Counted from the first letter of the stretch, positions 10,605-20,875 are shown. The stretch is 64,000 nt of DNA from Gammaproteobacteria bacterium (GCA_965116495.1 OZ220696.1:864001-928000), one strand, 5' to 3'. Program-made: numbers and translations. Notes: a model not told the origin generated them from the sequence alone.

Positions 10605-10743
10605 CATTCCCGTGCAAACGGGAATCCAGTTGATAAAACAATCTTTTATAAGGAAGAACTGGCTGACCGGATTCCGGGCCTGCCCCTGTATGGAGTTGAG
10701 CAGGGGCCAGGCATGTCCCGGCGAAAGCCGGGCCCGGAATGAC
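10605..10743. repeat. RPE-4/dRS3-like palindromic element with two nested mini-hairpin inserts
   Basis: CATTCCCGTGCAAACGGGAATCCAG ... GGATTCCGG[inserts]CCGGAATGAC. Confidence 0.8.
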
Positions 10744-10751
10744 GAGTCGTT

Positions 10752-11582
10752 GTGATTGACGCACTGGTCAACGGTAAGCCTGGCGACGTCATCTCCGTTC
10801 AGGATCGCGGCCTTCAGTTCGGTGACGGCGTGTTCGAAACCATCGCCGTCAAGTCCGGCGAACTGCTTTGCCGGAAGGCGCATTTTGATCGGCTTGAAGC
10901 GGGTTGCCGACATCTATCAATAGTCTGCCCGGACAGAAGCCTGCTGGAACAAGAGGCAGTGAGGCTTTGTGAGTCGCTTGATTCAGCAGTACTCAAGGTC
11001 GTAGTTACCCGGGGAACGGGAGGACGCGGTTTTCAGCCTCCTGAAAATATTTCCGCGAACAGGATACTTACGGTCCATAACCGGCCGGTATATCCCTCAG
11101 CCTATTATAACGAAGGCATAGAATCCTATATTTGCCGGCGCCGCATCACCCATCATCCCGACCTGGGCGGCGTCAAACACCTGAACCGGCTGGACCAGGT
11201 GCTCCTGCGTCAAGAGATTGCCACTACGCCATACCCTGAAGGGGTAGTGCTTGACCCGTACGACAACGTAATTGAAGGTTCCATGAGCAACCTGTTCATG
11301 GTAAAACAGGGAAAGTTGATCACTCCCGACCTGGCCCGCTGCGGCATAGCAGGGGTGATAAGAAAATCGATCATTGAACTGAATGAGATGGCAGGCGCTG
11401 AAACCGGCATCAGGGCAATCAAAGCCGAAGAATTATATGAGGCAGATGAGGTATTCTATTGCAACAGTCTGATAGGGATCTGGCCGGTAAGACGCATTGA
11501 TCACAAGAGGTACAACAACATCGATGTAAGCCTCGGGATCATGAGGAAATTAATGGCCAATAATCTTATAGCAGCCATATGA
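10752..11582 (+). CDS. pabC: Aminodeoxychorismate lyase
   Basis: DRGLQFGDGVFET, KHLNRLDQVL, EG..SNLF, GIAGVIR; synteny. Confidence 0.95.
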   Translation: MIDALVNGKPGDVISVQDRGLQFGDGVFETIAVKSGELLCRKAHFDRLEAGCRHLSIVCPDRSLLEQEAVRLCESLDSAVLKVVVTRGTGGRGFQPPENISANRILTVHNRPVYPSAYYNEGIESYICRRRITHHPDLGGVKHLNRLDQVLLRQEIATTPYPEGVVLDPYDNVIEGSMSNLFMVKQGKLITPDLARCGIAGVIRKSIIELNEMAGAETGIRAIKAEELYEADEVFYCNSLIGIWPVRRIDHKRYNNIDVSLGIMRKLMANNLIAAI

Positions 11583-12571
11583 GGAAAGTACTGATCATCC
11601 CCGGTGCGCTTGTCGCCCTGGCTGTATGGTGGCTGTACCAGGATATGCAGCAACGGTTGAATTTACCGTTGAAGATAGACGGACCGGAATATTTTTCAAT
11701 AGAAACCGGCATGTCCCTGCTCACCGTTGCTGAGGGTGTGGCGGCGCGGGGCTGGTTTGATTATCCCCTGTATTTGCAGCTTGAGGGAAAAATCCGGGGT
11801 GTTGACGGCTTGATCAAAGCCGGCCAGTACCGGGTGGAGACTGGTACCACTGCCTTGTCATTTCTGGAGATGATTGTAGCCGGCAGGGTGTCCCAGCATT
11901 CGTTAACGCTGCTGGAAGGCTGGACATTCAGACATATCATGACGGCATTACATGAAAACAGGTATATCAGGAAAGTGTTAACGTCAACAAAACCTGAACG
12001 CGTCATGATACAAATCGGCTACCCCGGATACGCCGCTGAGGGACGGTTTTTCCCCGATACCTATTATTTTCCTGCAGGCACCACTGACGCGGAATTTCTG
12101 CTCCGGGCGTTCAGACAGATGGAGACGGTATTAAACGAGGAATGGCAGCAACGCATGGGTGGACTACCGTATCGATCGCCTTATGAAGCCTTGATCATGG
12201 CGTCACTGGTAGAAAAGGAAACGGCAGTTGCCGACGAAAGAGAGAAAATTGCCGGCGTATTCGTACGCCGACTTGAAAAAAACATAAAACTGCAGGCAGA
12301 CCCCACCGTGATTTATGCCCTGGGAGAAAGCTATGACGGGGATATACGGCGTAAGGACCTGGAATTTGATTCTCCGTTTAACACTTATCGTTACAAGGGA
12401 TTGCCGCCTGCGCCCATCGCCGCAGCCGGAAGGGCATCGATTCGCGCTGCGCTGCAACCGGAACCCGGAACGGCATTATATTTTGTCGCTACCGGGGAAA
12501 ATGGCCGCCACTACTTTTCCGAGACTCTTGCGGAACACAACAGGGCGGTGGCGAAATATCAAATTCGATGA
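11579..12571 (+). CDS. mltG: Endolytic transglycosylase MltG
   Basis: EGRFFPDTY, ASLVEKET, LQADPTVIY, SPFNTY..GLPP.PI. Confidence 0.96.
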   Translation: MRKVLIIPGALVALAVWWLYQDMQQRLNLPLKIDGPEYFSIETGMSLLTVAEGVAARGWFDYPLYLQLEGKIRGVDGLIKAGQYRVETGTTALSFLEMIVAGRVSQHSLTLLEGWTFRHIMTALHENRYIRKVLTSTKPERVMIQIGYPGYAAEGRFFPDTYYFPAGTTDAEFLLRAFRQMETVLNEEWQQRMGGLPYRSPYEALIMASLVEKETAVADEREKIAGVFVRRLEKNIKLQADPTVIYALGESYDGDIRRKDLEFDSPFNTYRYKGLPPAPIAAAGRASIRAALQPEPGTALYFVATGENGRHYFSETLAEHNRAVAKYQIR

Positions 12572-13194
12572 CAGGGTTTTTCATCACATTTGAAGGCATA
12601 GAGGGAGTGGGTAAAACCACACAGGTTCAAAAAGCCTTTGACCTGCTGTCAACAAAAAATCCGGACAAAGTCATCCAGACCCGGGAACCTGGCGGAACCC
12701 GTACGGGCGAGGCCATCCGTAATGTAATTTTACAGGGTAATACCGACAGGATTGACGGAATAACCGAGATGCTGCTGGTATTTGCTGCCCGCCGCCAACA
12801 TATCCAGGAGCTTATCATTCCCTCGCTGGCTGCCGGCAGGATTATATTGTGCGACCGGTTTACCGATGCGACGTTTGCCTACCAGGGAGGCGGCCGCGGG
12901 GTAGATGAACAATTGATAACCTGGCTGCAGGATACCGTGCAGGGCACGCTGAGACCGGACCTGACTTTATTACTTGACGCTCCGCCGGAGATCGGTCTGG
13001 CGCGTATCAGGGAACGGAGTGAACCTGATCGTTTTGAGACAGAAACCATGAATTTTTTTCAGCGGGTCCGGCACAGGTACCTGGAAATGGCTGAAACGTA
13101 TCCTGACAGGATCCATATTATAGACGCAGCGCGGGAAGCCGATGAAGTAACACGGGAAATTCGAACCGTGCTTGAAGCGATGAATTTATGTTGA
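12568..13194 (+). CDS. tmk: Thymidylate kinase
   Basis: FEGIEGVGKTT, TREPGG, CDRF.D...AYQG. Confidence 0.97.
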   Translation: MTGFFITFEGIEGVGKTTQVQKAFDLLSTKNPDKVIQTREPGGTRTGEAIRNVILQGNTDRIDGITEMLLVFAARRQHIQELIIPSLAAGRIILCDRFTDATFAYQGGGRGVDEQLITWLQDTVQGTLRPDLTLLLDAPPEIGLARIRERSEPDRFETETMNFFQRVRHRYLEMAETYPDRIHIIDAAREADEVTREIRTVLEAMNLC

Positions 13195-13234
13195 TTTTCC
13201 CGCCTGGCGTACCGGCCTGTGGAAACCGCGACTG

Positions 13235-14212
13235 ATGCCTTATCCCTGGCAGACAAGTCAATGGCGCCGGCTCAGCCTTGCCGTGGACCAGGACAGGCTG
13301 GCCCATGCCGTCTTGCTGAACGGAACAGAAGGATCCGGCATCCTGCAATTTGCGCTGGAGTTTGCTCAATTTTTGTTGTGTGAAGCGGTTACCCGGACAA
13401 TGGCATGTGGCGAATGCCGTTCGTGTTTACTGTTCAATGCCGGCAACCATCCTGATATCAGGCTGCTAAGCCCTGAGGAGAACAGTACGCAAATCAAGGT
13501 GGATGCCGTCCGTGAACTGATATCTTACCTGCAACTCAGCAGCCACTACGACAGGTATAAAATCGCCATTATCGAGCCTGCGGAGGGAATGAACCGGCAT
13601 TCGGCCAACAGCCTGCTGAAAACCCTGGAGGAACCGTCAGCCTCTACGATACTGATACTGATCTCGTACCAACCGGCCAGTCTGCCTGTGACCATACGCA
13701 GCCGCTGCCAGAAAATCAGTTTCAACCAGATCGACCGACAACTGGCTTCCGACTGGTTGAACGAGCAGGTAGGTGACCCCGAAAAGTCCGCCTTGTTGCT
13801 TGATCTGGCCGAAGGAGCGCCGCTTAAGGCACTGGCTTTGAATGAAACAGATACCGTGCAGGAACGGCAGGAGATACTGGCGGATTTGCACGAAGCCTGC
13901 AGGGCGAACACGGACCCGGTGAAAATTGCTGAAAAATGGCAGAAGCGTGACGTAGCCGCAGTATTGGGCTGGCTGCTTGCAATATTCAGTAAAACGGCCG
14001 CCATGCACTGTTCAGGAGCCCGGAAACATGCCGGTAAACACTTCATTGACAGGGAACTGTACTGTCTGGTAAACGGTTTGGACCTCTCACAGATAATCGG
14101 GTGCTATGATCTGATACTGAGGAACTATGATCTGGTAACAGGAGAGGCCAACCTGAATAAACAAGCCTTGCTGGAAGAAATCATCGTACACTGGCAAACA
14201 ATCCACACATAA
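13235..14212 (+). CDS. holB: DNA polymerase III delta-prime subunit
   Basis: YPWQ, CGECRSC..F.AGNHPD, ANSLLKTLEEP, TIRSRCQ. Confidence 0.96.
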   Translation: MPYPWQTSQWRRLSLAVDQDRLAHAVLLNGTEGSGILQFALEFAQFLLCEAVTRTMACGECRSCLLFNAGNHPDIRLLSPEENSTQIKVDAVRELISYLQLSSHYDRYKIAIIEPAEGMNRHSANSLLKTLEEPSASTILILISYQPASLPVTIRSRCQKISFNQIDRQLASDWLNEQVGDPEKSALLLDLAEGAPLKALALNETDTVQERQEILADLHEACRANTDPVKIAEKWQKRDVAAVLGWLLAIFSKTAAMHCSGARKHAGKHFIDRELYCLVNGLDLSQIIGCYDLILRNYDLVTGEANLNKQALLEEIIVHWQTIHT

Positions 14213-14216
14213 ATCA

Positions 14217-14244
14217 TCCGCAGATTACGCAGATGAACGCAGAT
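14217..14244. repeat. Solo ACGCAGAT tandem-unit repeat
   Basis: TCCGCAGATTACGCAGATGAACGCAGAT, same family as 7925-7951. Confidence 0.75.
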
Positions 14245-14275
14245 TTAGTATATGTTATAAGCGGATAAATAACAC

Positions 14276-15046
14276 ATGCAAAGCCCGTATTTAGTCGATT
14301 CGCATTGCCATATCCCTCTGATTGAAATGGACGGTGGTGCGGACAGCGTAATCAGGACGGCACAGGAAGCCGGGGTGGGGCATATGCTGTGCGTATCAAT
14401 CGATCTTGATTCTTTCCCCGAAATTAAACGACTTGCCACATCCTACCCTTGTGTTTCCGCTTCGGCGGGTGTACACCCGAATTCTGCCAGGGAAATCGAA
14501 TTATCGGAAAAAATCCTGCTGGAACTCGCAGACGACCCAGCGGTGGTCGCCATCGGGGAAACAGGACTGGATTATTTCAGAAGCCAGGGAGACCTCGATT
14601 GGCAGAGGCAGCGGTTTCGTATTCATATCAGGGCTGCCCGGGAGATTAACAAACCGCTGATCATCCACAGTCGCGAAGCCAGGGGAGACGTCATCAAAAT
14701 CCTGACAGAAGAGGGCGCGCAAGCAGTGGGTGGGGTAATGCACTGTTACGTTGATGACCTGGATACCGCAAAACAGGCCATCGACCTGAATTTCCATATC
14801 TCCTTTTCCGGCATCGTTACCTTTCGCAATGCGCAGGCGCTCCAGGATGTAGCCAGACAGGTACCCCTGGACAGGGTCCTGGTCGAAACCGACTCCCCCT
14901 ACCTGGCGCCGGTTCCCTACCGCGGCAAGCAGAATCAACCGGCCTATGTACGCTTTGTCGCGGAAAAAATTGCCGAATTACAGCAGGTAGAACTGTCAGA
15001 AGTAATGTCAATTACCACGCAAAATTATAATAATTTGTTCCTCTGA
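14276..15046 (+). CDS. ycfH: TatD family DNase (YcfH-like)
   Basis: DSHCH, GVHP, IGETGLDY, IIHSR, ETDSPYLAP.PYRGK.N.P. Confidence 0.93.
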   Translation: MQSPYLVDSHCHIPLIEMDGGADSVIRTAQEAGVGHMLCVSIDLDSFPEIKRLATSYPCVSASAGVHPNSAREIELSEKILLELADDPAVVAIGETGLDYFRSQGDLDWQRQRFRIHIRAAREINKPLIIHSREARGDVIKILTEEGAQAVGGVMHCYVDDLDTAKQAIDLNFHISFSGIVTFRNAQALQDVARQVPLDRVLVETDSPYLAPVPYRGKQNQPAYVRFVAEKIAELQQVELSEVMSITTQNYNNLFL

Positions 15047-15407
15047 TAATAATCATATATATATCATACAATTAAATTCATAATATCAAGCGCATTATCA
15101 ATATTCTGCATACTGGTATAGTAATGCGGTGAAAAGCGGATGGCGCCGCCGCGATGGGCGCATATAACCTGGTTTTGCAATAGTCGTTTATGTAGTTCGC
15201 GCAGGTCGACACCGGCTATTTTAAAAGCAATAATACCCGACGTCCCCCGGGAAACAACAGAAGTTGACCCATGCCACTACGCGAACGCTGTTCGAAGCCC
15301 TGAATAGCCAGCGTGAATTATTGGTTCAGGAAACGCCTGAAGTGGCCACTGTACGCGCCGAAGCGGCGAGCAGCGCCTGAACCAGCTGCTGACTAACCTG
15401 GAGTAAT

Positions 15408-16469
15408 GTGATGAATCGAACAACCATATCCGATACCGTACATCTTGTCGGCAGTATCGCCATGGACAACTGTGAGCAGGTTTTTCGTGAGATCAGCGCA
15501 GAACTGGGCCCGTACCTGGACAAAATACCGGATGGTGAAACGGGCGAACGGGCGCGCTGGATATTCTTTCAAAGAAAAATGCTGATGGAACATCCCGCCA
15601 TGGAAATCGATCCGACGGTGCCGGAAATGGCATTGCACCAGTGGGACGGTAAATTCCTGCGTTCCCTGCCGCTGTTGCGTTTCAGGAAAGAGGTAAATCC
15701 GGATGACGTGGAATTTGCAACCGGTTACGACAAGGCAGCAGAATATTCTTATGGTATATTCAAGAAACTGCGCGCTGGGGGCGTGATCCCGGACCATGTG
15801 CGCTTTCAGGTCTGCCTGCCCACGCCCATGGCCAGCGCTTACATGTACGTCAGCCACAAGGCCTATGACGACTACCTGCGCGTCTACCTGGAATCACTGT
15901 TAAATGCGCTGAACTGGATACTGGATAATATCCCCCACGAAGACCTGTGCATACAGTATGACGTGTGCCAGGAAGTCCTCATCTTCGAGAATTACTTCCC
16001 GCATCGACCCCCCGATTACGAGGAGCAGATCTTTGCCGAACTGGCCATACTGGGCGACTCCGTTCCGGCGGACGTCAAAATGGGTTACCACCTGTGTTAC
16101 GGCACCCCTAACGATGAACACCTGGTCATGCCCGGGGATGCGGGAATACTGGTGGAACTGATGAACGGCATTACTGCCGGCGTCAGACGCCAGGTGGATT
16201 TTTTGCATATCCCGGTGCCGAAGGACCGGACCGACCCTGCATACTTCAAACCGCTAAATCAGTTCAAGGGCGATACGAGACTTTATTTCGGCTTGATACA
16301 TCATGATGATGAAGAGGGTGACCTGCAACGTATAGAGGTGGTTAAGAACTTTATAACCGATTTCGGGGTAGGTACTGAGTGCGGCTGGGGCCGTACCGAC
16401 CCGAAACGTGTCCCGGGTCTGCTTAGCAGCCACAGGAAAGCGGCAGAGGCCTTGTCCGGCCAGTACTAG
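15408..16469 (+). CDS. UROD/MetE-like (cobalamin-independent methionine synthase II-like) protein
   Basis: HLVGS, IPDGETGER, GYHLCYG and TECGWGR metal-binding pattern. Confidence 0.65.
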   Translation: MMNRTTISDTVHLVGSIAMDNCEQVFREISAELGPYLDKIPDGETGERARWIFFQRKMLMEHPAMEIDPTVPEMALHQWDGKFLRSLPLLRFRKEVNPDDVEFATGYDKAAEYSYGIFKKLRAGGVIPDHVRFQVCLPTPMASAYMYVSHKAYDDYLRVYLESLLNALNWILDNIPHEDLCIQYDVCQEVLIFENYFPHRPPDYEEQIFAELAILGDSVPADVKMGYHLCYGTPNDEHLVMPGDAGILVELMNGITAGVRRQVDFLHIPVPKDRTDPAYFKPLNQFKGDTRLYFGLIHHDDEEGDLQRIEVVKNFITDFGVGTECGWGRTDPKRVPGLLSSHRKAAEALSGQY

Positions 16470-17425
16470 TCTGCGTGGACAATGCCCGCGGCGATACCGA
16501 GTTCCGGCGCAAGGGTGTAGAAATCCCGGACCGGCAGTTTACCGCCGGCTGCCCTGTGAGCGGCGGCTGCGGCAATCCAGGTATGCAGTTCCATGGAACC
16601 GATACCACCCTGTTCAACCAGTTCGCACTGGTCCCAATCATCGTATGCTTCCAGCCTGTTATGCGTGAGCAGGTCCAGGAAACGCCGGTCCGATTCCGCA
16701 TTCAATCGCATGTCCCCGGCAGTGCGTTCACCGCGCGCGATCATCTCTGCGCCTTCATGGTGCATCACCTCCAGCCGTTCCAGCCACTGTGCGGGAGTCA
16801 GGGAACCGGGGTCACCCCCACCCGACAGTTTCCAGGCTTCCACCGCCTCTTCACCCGCGCCGTGTTCCGGATAATACCGGGTTGGGTGGTGCGACATGCC
16901 GCCTGAGGCCAGAAACAGCACTTTCCTGTTCAGGGTAAGGGCAAAGCGTCCTATTGCCTCTCCCAGCATGCGGGTGCGCCTGAAAGGCACAAACGGCGTG
17001 GTGATGCAGTTGATAAAGACAGGGATGACCGGACGCTCCGTCAAGCTGCCGAGCATGATGTTGATGGTTTGGGAAAAAGCATGGTCAATGGTCATGCGGT
17101 AGGATACCGAACTATCGACATCGTGCTCGCGCAGGTATTCGATACAGGCTATAGCTGTTTTCTCCGGCACGTTTAGCGGACCGGCAAACCCGCCGATATC
17201 GCCGCTTGCCTCGGCGCTCAGGCCCACGCAGAAGGCCGGCATGGTCTTGAGGAAAAACCCGTTGAAGTGGTCCGAGCCGAAGGCAAACACCAGTTCAGGG
17301 TCAAATTCGGATATGGCTTGCGCTCTCGCGGCAAAGGCGCGTTGCAGCCCGTCCCAGTCTTTCGGCTCCCTGGCATAACAATACAACAGGGGAGAATGTG
17401 AAGCGCACACCAGTGCAGTGGTCAT
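16466..17425 (-). CDS. mhpB: Extradiol ring-cleavage dioxygenase, MhpB/LigB family
   Basis: CASHSPL, FGSDHFNGFF...MP.FC.G, DHAF.Q, SGGMSH.P, ELHTWIAA; start overlaps upstream stop (ATGA). Confidence 0.8.
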   Translation of the reverse strand: MTTALVCASHSPLLYCYAREPKDWDGLQRAFAARAQAISEFDPELVFAFGSDHFNGFFLKTMPAFCVGLSAEASGDIGGFAGPLNVPEKTAIACIEYLREHDVDSSVSYRMTIDHAFSQTINIMLGSLTERPVIPVFINCITTPFVPFRRTRMLGEAIGRFALTLNRKVLFLASGGMSHHPTRYYPEHGAGEEAVEAWKLSGGGDPGSLTPAQWLERLEVMHHEGAEMIARGERTAGDMRLNAESDRRFLDLLTHNRLEAYDDWDQCELVEQGGIGSMELHTWIAAAAAHRAAGGKLPVRDFYTLAPELGIAAGIVHAD

Positions 17426-17760
17426 GACTGCCTGCCCTGGTAAAACACCCGGTACAGCAACGGATACAACAGCAAGGAGACAATGATCGCAGTGATAAAT
17501 TCGACCGGGATAATTGTGTTCAAAATGTAGTGAGACAGGATAAATAAACTGATAATGGTTATGACGCCGGACAGCAAGGCAATTTTCATGCCGGCTATGA
17601 ATGTGATCAGCGCGCCGACGTAAACTTGCACCAGGGTGGTAACGATGCCGACCGTATTCCAGGACATGGCAAGCCAGCCGTGCCGTTCGCCGTCTGGGAC
17701 CCGTTCCAGCGCGTGATCTTCGATAATGTCGTGGATTGACTGGGGCGCGCTCATGGTCAT
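17422..17760 (-). pseudogene. Purine/cytosine (NCS1-like) permease collapsed by internal deletion
   Basis: N-terminal EDHALERVP..ER..W motif typical of ~450-aa permeases, but only 112 aa, ending with apparent final TM helices. Confidence 0.65.
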
Positions 17761-17830
17761 TCATTCCCGGTTGTTATATTTTTTCACTTGCGCATAATAG
17801 AACAAAATACAATGTACCGGCAGGATAATC

Positions 17831-18802
17831 ATGAGTAAGGCGATATTTGTCAATGAATGCGGCGGCCCCGGGGTCCTGTCATACCAGGACTACGATACCG
17901 GTCAGCCTGGTCCGGGTGAAGTACTGGTCCGTAACACTGCCATCGGCGTAAACTACATCGATACGTATTACCGTTCCGGGTTATACCCGGCCGCACTACC
18001 ACTGATACCCGGCGACCAGGCTGCCGCTGTCGTCGAAGCAACAGGCCCGGAAGTCAACGATTTCAAGCCGGGGGACCGGGTTGCCTATGCATCGAAGCCT
18101 CTGGGCGCTTACGTGGATGAACGCGTGATAGATGCGGACCTACTGGTGCCGTTACCGGACGGCATTTCCGATGAGGTTGCAGGGGCTACGTTGACCCGTG
18201 GTCTGACCGTAGAATACCTGACACACAGGTTGTATGAGTTGCGGGCGGGGGAGACTGTACTGGTACACGCGGCGGCAGGCGGTGCGGGAAGAATTCTCTG
18301 CCAGTGGGCAGACAATATCGGTGCTAAAGTGATCGGCACGGTGGGGTCCGAAGAGAAAATGGACATTGCCCGGGAAAATGGTTGCACGGAGGTTTTGTTG
18401 CACCAGGAAGATTTTGTCCCGCAGGTAAGAGAACTGACGGGAGGGGAGGGCGTCGATGTCGCCTATGACTCGATCGGCAAGGCCACGTTCATGAAATCGC
18501 TGGACTGCATAAAGCCCAGGGGCATGATGGTCAGCTTCGGCAATGCTTCGGGGAAACCGGACTCCCTGGACGTCCTGGAACTGGCAAAACGCGGCTGCCT
18601 GTTCCTGACCCGGCCGACGTTGTACGGCTACACCAGTATCAGAGACGATTTACTGCTGTCCGCCAGTCGCTATTTCACGGCCATAACCGGCGATTTGCTG
18701 CATGTGGAAGCAGGCGTGCCTTTCCCGTTGAAAGACGCAGCAGAGGCGCACCGTCACCTTGAGGACCGCTCCATAGTCGGGTCCCCGATACTTATACCTT
18801 AA
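17831..18802 (+). CDS. qor: NADPH:quinone oxidoreductase
   Basis: GGPGVL, AIGVNYIDTYYRSGLY, HAAAGG.G, YDSIGK, SFGNASG. Confidence 0.92.
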   Translation: MSKAIFVNECGGPGVLSYQDYDTGQPGPGEVLVRNTAIGVNYIDTYYRSGLYPAALPLIPGDQAAAVVEATGPEVNDFKPGDRVAYASKPLGAYVDERVIDADLLVPLPDGISDEVAGATLTRGLTVEYLTHRLYELRAGETVLVHAAAGGAGRILCQWADNIGAKVIGTVGSEEKMDIARENGCTEVLLHQEDFVPQVRELTGGEGVDVAYDSIGKATFMKSLDCIKPRGMMVSFGNASGKPDSLDVLELAKRGCLFLTRPTLYGYTSIRDDLLLSASRYFTAITGDLLHVEAGVPFPLKDAAEAHRHLEDRSIVGSPILIP

Positions 18803-18942
18803 TGGGAATTACGAATTAGGAATGAATAGTTCATCTGCAGCGGAACTTGATCAACACCCTTGCCCCTCCAATTCGTGATAAAGACAACAAAGCCAGAACA
18901 TCCTCAGTGGGTTGTAAGTATTGCTTTAGCCTGATAACTATA

Positions 18943-18971
18943 GTATGATTTTCTGTAACAGTAATTCATAC
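18943..18971. promoter_or_regulatory. Palindromic operator of the TA operon
   Basis: GTATGATTTTCTG-TAA-CAGTAATTCATAC overlapping the TATAGT -10-like box. Confidence 0.6.
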
Positions 18972-18980
18972 GAGAAAATC

Positions 18981-19196
18981 ATGAGAATTTCTGAACGAGG
19001 CCAGATTACCATTCCCAAGCAGCTGAGAGACCGCTTCGGCATGGGCTGTAACGTCGAGGTCGAGATTACTCCGACCGATGACGGCCTGCTCATCCGGAAA
19101 CAAACAGCTTCTCAACACCCGGTAGAACGGGTGTACGCTATCCTGGGACGCGACGGCAATACTGACGATTACATTGAAGAAATCCGCGGAAGGTGA
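18981..19196 (+). CDS. AbrB/MazE/SpoVT-family antitoxin (VapB-like)
   Basis: MRISERGQITIPKQLRDRFG swapped-hairpin motif; GTGA overlap with PIN toxin. Confidence 0.9.
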   Translation: MRISERGQITIPKQLRDRFGMGCNVEVEITPTDDGLLIRKQTASQHPVERVYAILGRDGNTDDYIEEIRGR

Positions 19197-19588
19197 TCAG
19201 CGCCGTTGACACCAGCGTCCTTCTGGATGTATTTCTCCCGGACAAGCGCCACGGCCCCAGGTCTAAAGAGTGGCTTCGAGACGCCTATGATCGTGGGGCA
19301 ATTCTTGTCTGCGATGTGGTCTATGCGGAACTGGTGTCGGCATTCGAGGGCCGCAGCAAGCTCGACGAAGCGTTGAGAGAAATCAACGTAAAGATCTCTC
19401 CGCTCGATACTTCTATTGCTTATGAGGCCGGATTGCGCTGGTTGCGATACCGCCAAGCTGGCGGACCGAGAACGCGGATTATTACTGACTTCCTGATCGG
19501 CGCCCATGCCACTGCTCTGGCCGATACCTTCATTACCCGAGACCGCGGTTTCTATGAAACTTATTTCCCGGAGTTGAGAGGCTTCTGA
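19193..19588 (+). CDS. PIN-domain toxin (VapC-like)
   Basis: VDTSVLLD, VYAEL, DFLIGAHA, FITRD PIN acidic motifs. Confidence 0.92.
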   Translation: MISAVDTSVLLDVFLPDKRHGPRSKEWLRDAYDRGAILVCDVVYAELVSAFEGRSKLDEALREINVKISPLDTSIAYEAGLRWLRYRQAGGPRTRIITDFLIGAHATALADTFITRDRGFYETYFPELRGF

Positions 19589-19601
19589 TATGATTTGATC
19601 G

Positions 19602-20858
19602 ATGCGTTTCTATGCCGATCTTCATATCCATTCTAAATATTCCCGCGCCACCAGCAAGGATTGTGACCTGGAGCACCTGAGCTTCTGGGGACAGAAAAAA
19701 GGCATCAGCGTAATCGGCACGGGTGACTTTACCCACCCGGCCTGGTTCGGACAAATAAAGGAAAAACTGGTACCGGCAGAGCCGGGGTTGTTCCGTTTGC
19801 GCGCAGATATTGACAGGGAAGTGACGGGGAAATTACCGGGAAGTTGTCACGGTATAACTCGTTTTATGTTATCGGTCGAGATATCGACTATTTACAAAAA
19901 AGGTGACAAGACACGCAAGATCCATCACCTGATCTATGCGCCCACCCTGGCGCAGGCCGAATTCATTAACCGGAAACTCGACCGCATCGGTAATATCAAG
20001 TCTGACGGACGTCCTATCCTGGGACTGGATTCCCGTCATTTACTGGAAATTGTGCTGGAGGCAGGGGAGGGCTGTTACCTGGTGCCTGCCCATATCTGGA
20101 CGCCCTGGTTTGCCGTGCTTGGGTCAAAATCCGGGTTTGATTCCATCGGTGAGTGTTACGGCGACCTGGCAGAGCATATCTTTGCCGTGGAGACCGGACT
20201 CTCGGCCGACCCGGAAATGATACGGCTGGTCTCCGACCTGGACCGTTACTGCCTGGTCTCCAATTCGGATGCGCATTCCCCGGCAAAACTGGGACGGGAG
20301 GCGTGTATCTTCACTACCGGACTGGATTATTTTTCCATGCGCCGGGCTCTGGAAACGGGTGATGGTTACGGCGGCACCGTGGAGTTTTTCCCGGAAGAGG
20401 GCAAGTACTACCTGGACGGACACCGCAAATGCAATATCCGCCTGATACCTGAAGAGAGTCGCAAACTCGACGGTATCTGTCCGGCGTGTCACAAGCCGTT
20501 AACCCTGGGTGTGATGCACCGCGTGCAGGAACTGGCAGACCGGACAAGTGAGAAAAAACTGGAGAATACCGACTCCTTCGTCAGCCTGGTTCCGTTGCCG
20601 GAGGTGGTAGCCGAAACGGCAGGCGTGGGACCAGCCACTAAACGGGTGGCAAAACACTATGATCAGTTGTTATACAAACTGGGCGCAGAGCTACCGATTT
20701 TGAATGACATCCCCCTGGAAGAGATCCGGAATCATTCCGGTTCCCCGCTGATCCCCGAGGCAGTCGCACGTATGCGCAAGGGAAATGTAATCCGTGAAGC
20801 CGGTTACGATGGCGAATACGGCAGGATCAAACTGTTCCATGAAGATGAATTGAAATAA
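19602..20858 (+). CDS. Endonuclease Q family (PHP domain + Zn finger)
   Basis: ADLHIHSKYSRATS, GTGDFTHP, PAHIWTPW, ETGLS.D, SNSDAHS, GKY.LDGHRKC, CPAC.KPLTLGV, GYDGEYG. Confidence 0.88.
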   Translation: MRFYADLHIHSKYSRATSKDCDLEHLSFWGQKKGISVIGTGDFTHPAWFGQIKEKLVPAEPGLFRLRADIDREVTGKLPGSCHGITRFMLSVEISTIYKKGDKTRKIHHLIYAPTLAQAEFINRKLDRIGNIKSDGRPILGLDSRHLLEIVLEAGEGCYLVPAHIWTPWFAVLGSKSGFDSIGECYGDLAEHIFAVETGLSADPEMIRLVSDLDRYCLVSNSDAHSPAKLGREACIFTTGLDYFSMRRALETGDGYGGTVEFFPEEGKYYLDGHRKCNIRLIPEESRKLDGICPACHKPLTLGVMHRVQELADRTSEKKLENTDSFVSLVPLPEVVAETAGVGPATKRVAKHYDQLLYKLGAELPILNDIPLEEIRNHSGSPLIPEAVARMRKGNVIREAGYDGEYGRIKLFHEDELK

Positions 20859-20875
20859 ACAAGAGTTCAAAAAAC

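Larger units (their letters stand above)
18908..19240 (+). repeat. 333-bp direct repeat, copy 1 (promoter + antitoxin + toxin 5' end)
   Basis: Matches 34966-35298 with about 13 substitutions and no indels by manual alignment. Confidence 0.95.

Noticed and set aside
15240-15396. Possible gene remnant upstream of the MetE-like gene
   Set aside because: Looks coding-like, but no frame could be assigned to a family.
17426-17764. 113-aa N-terminal extension of the dioxygenase ORF
   Set aside because: Alternate frame of the permease remnant; family similarity starts at MTTALVCASH (17425).
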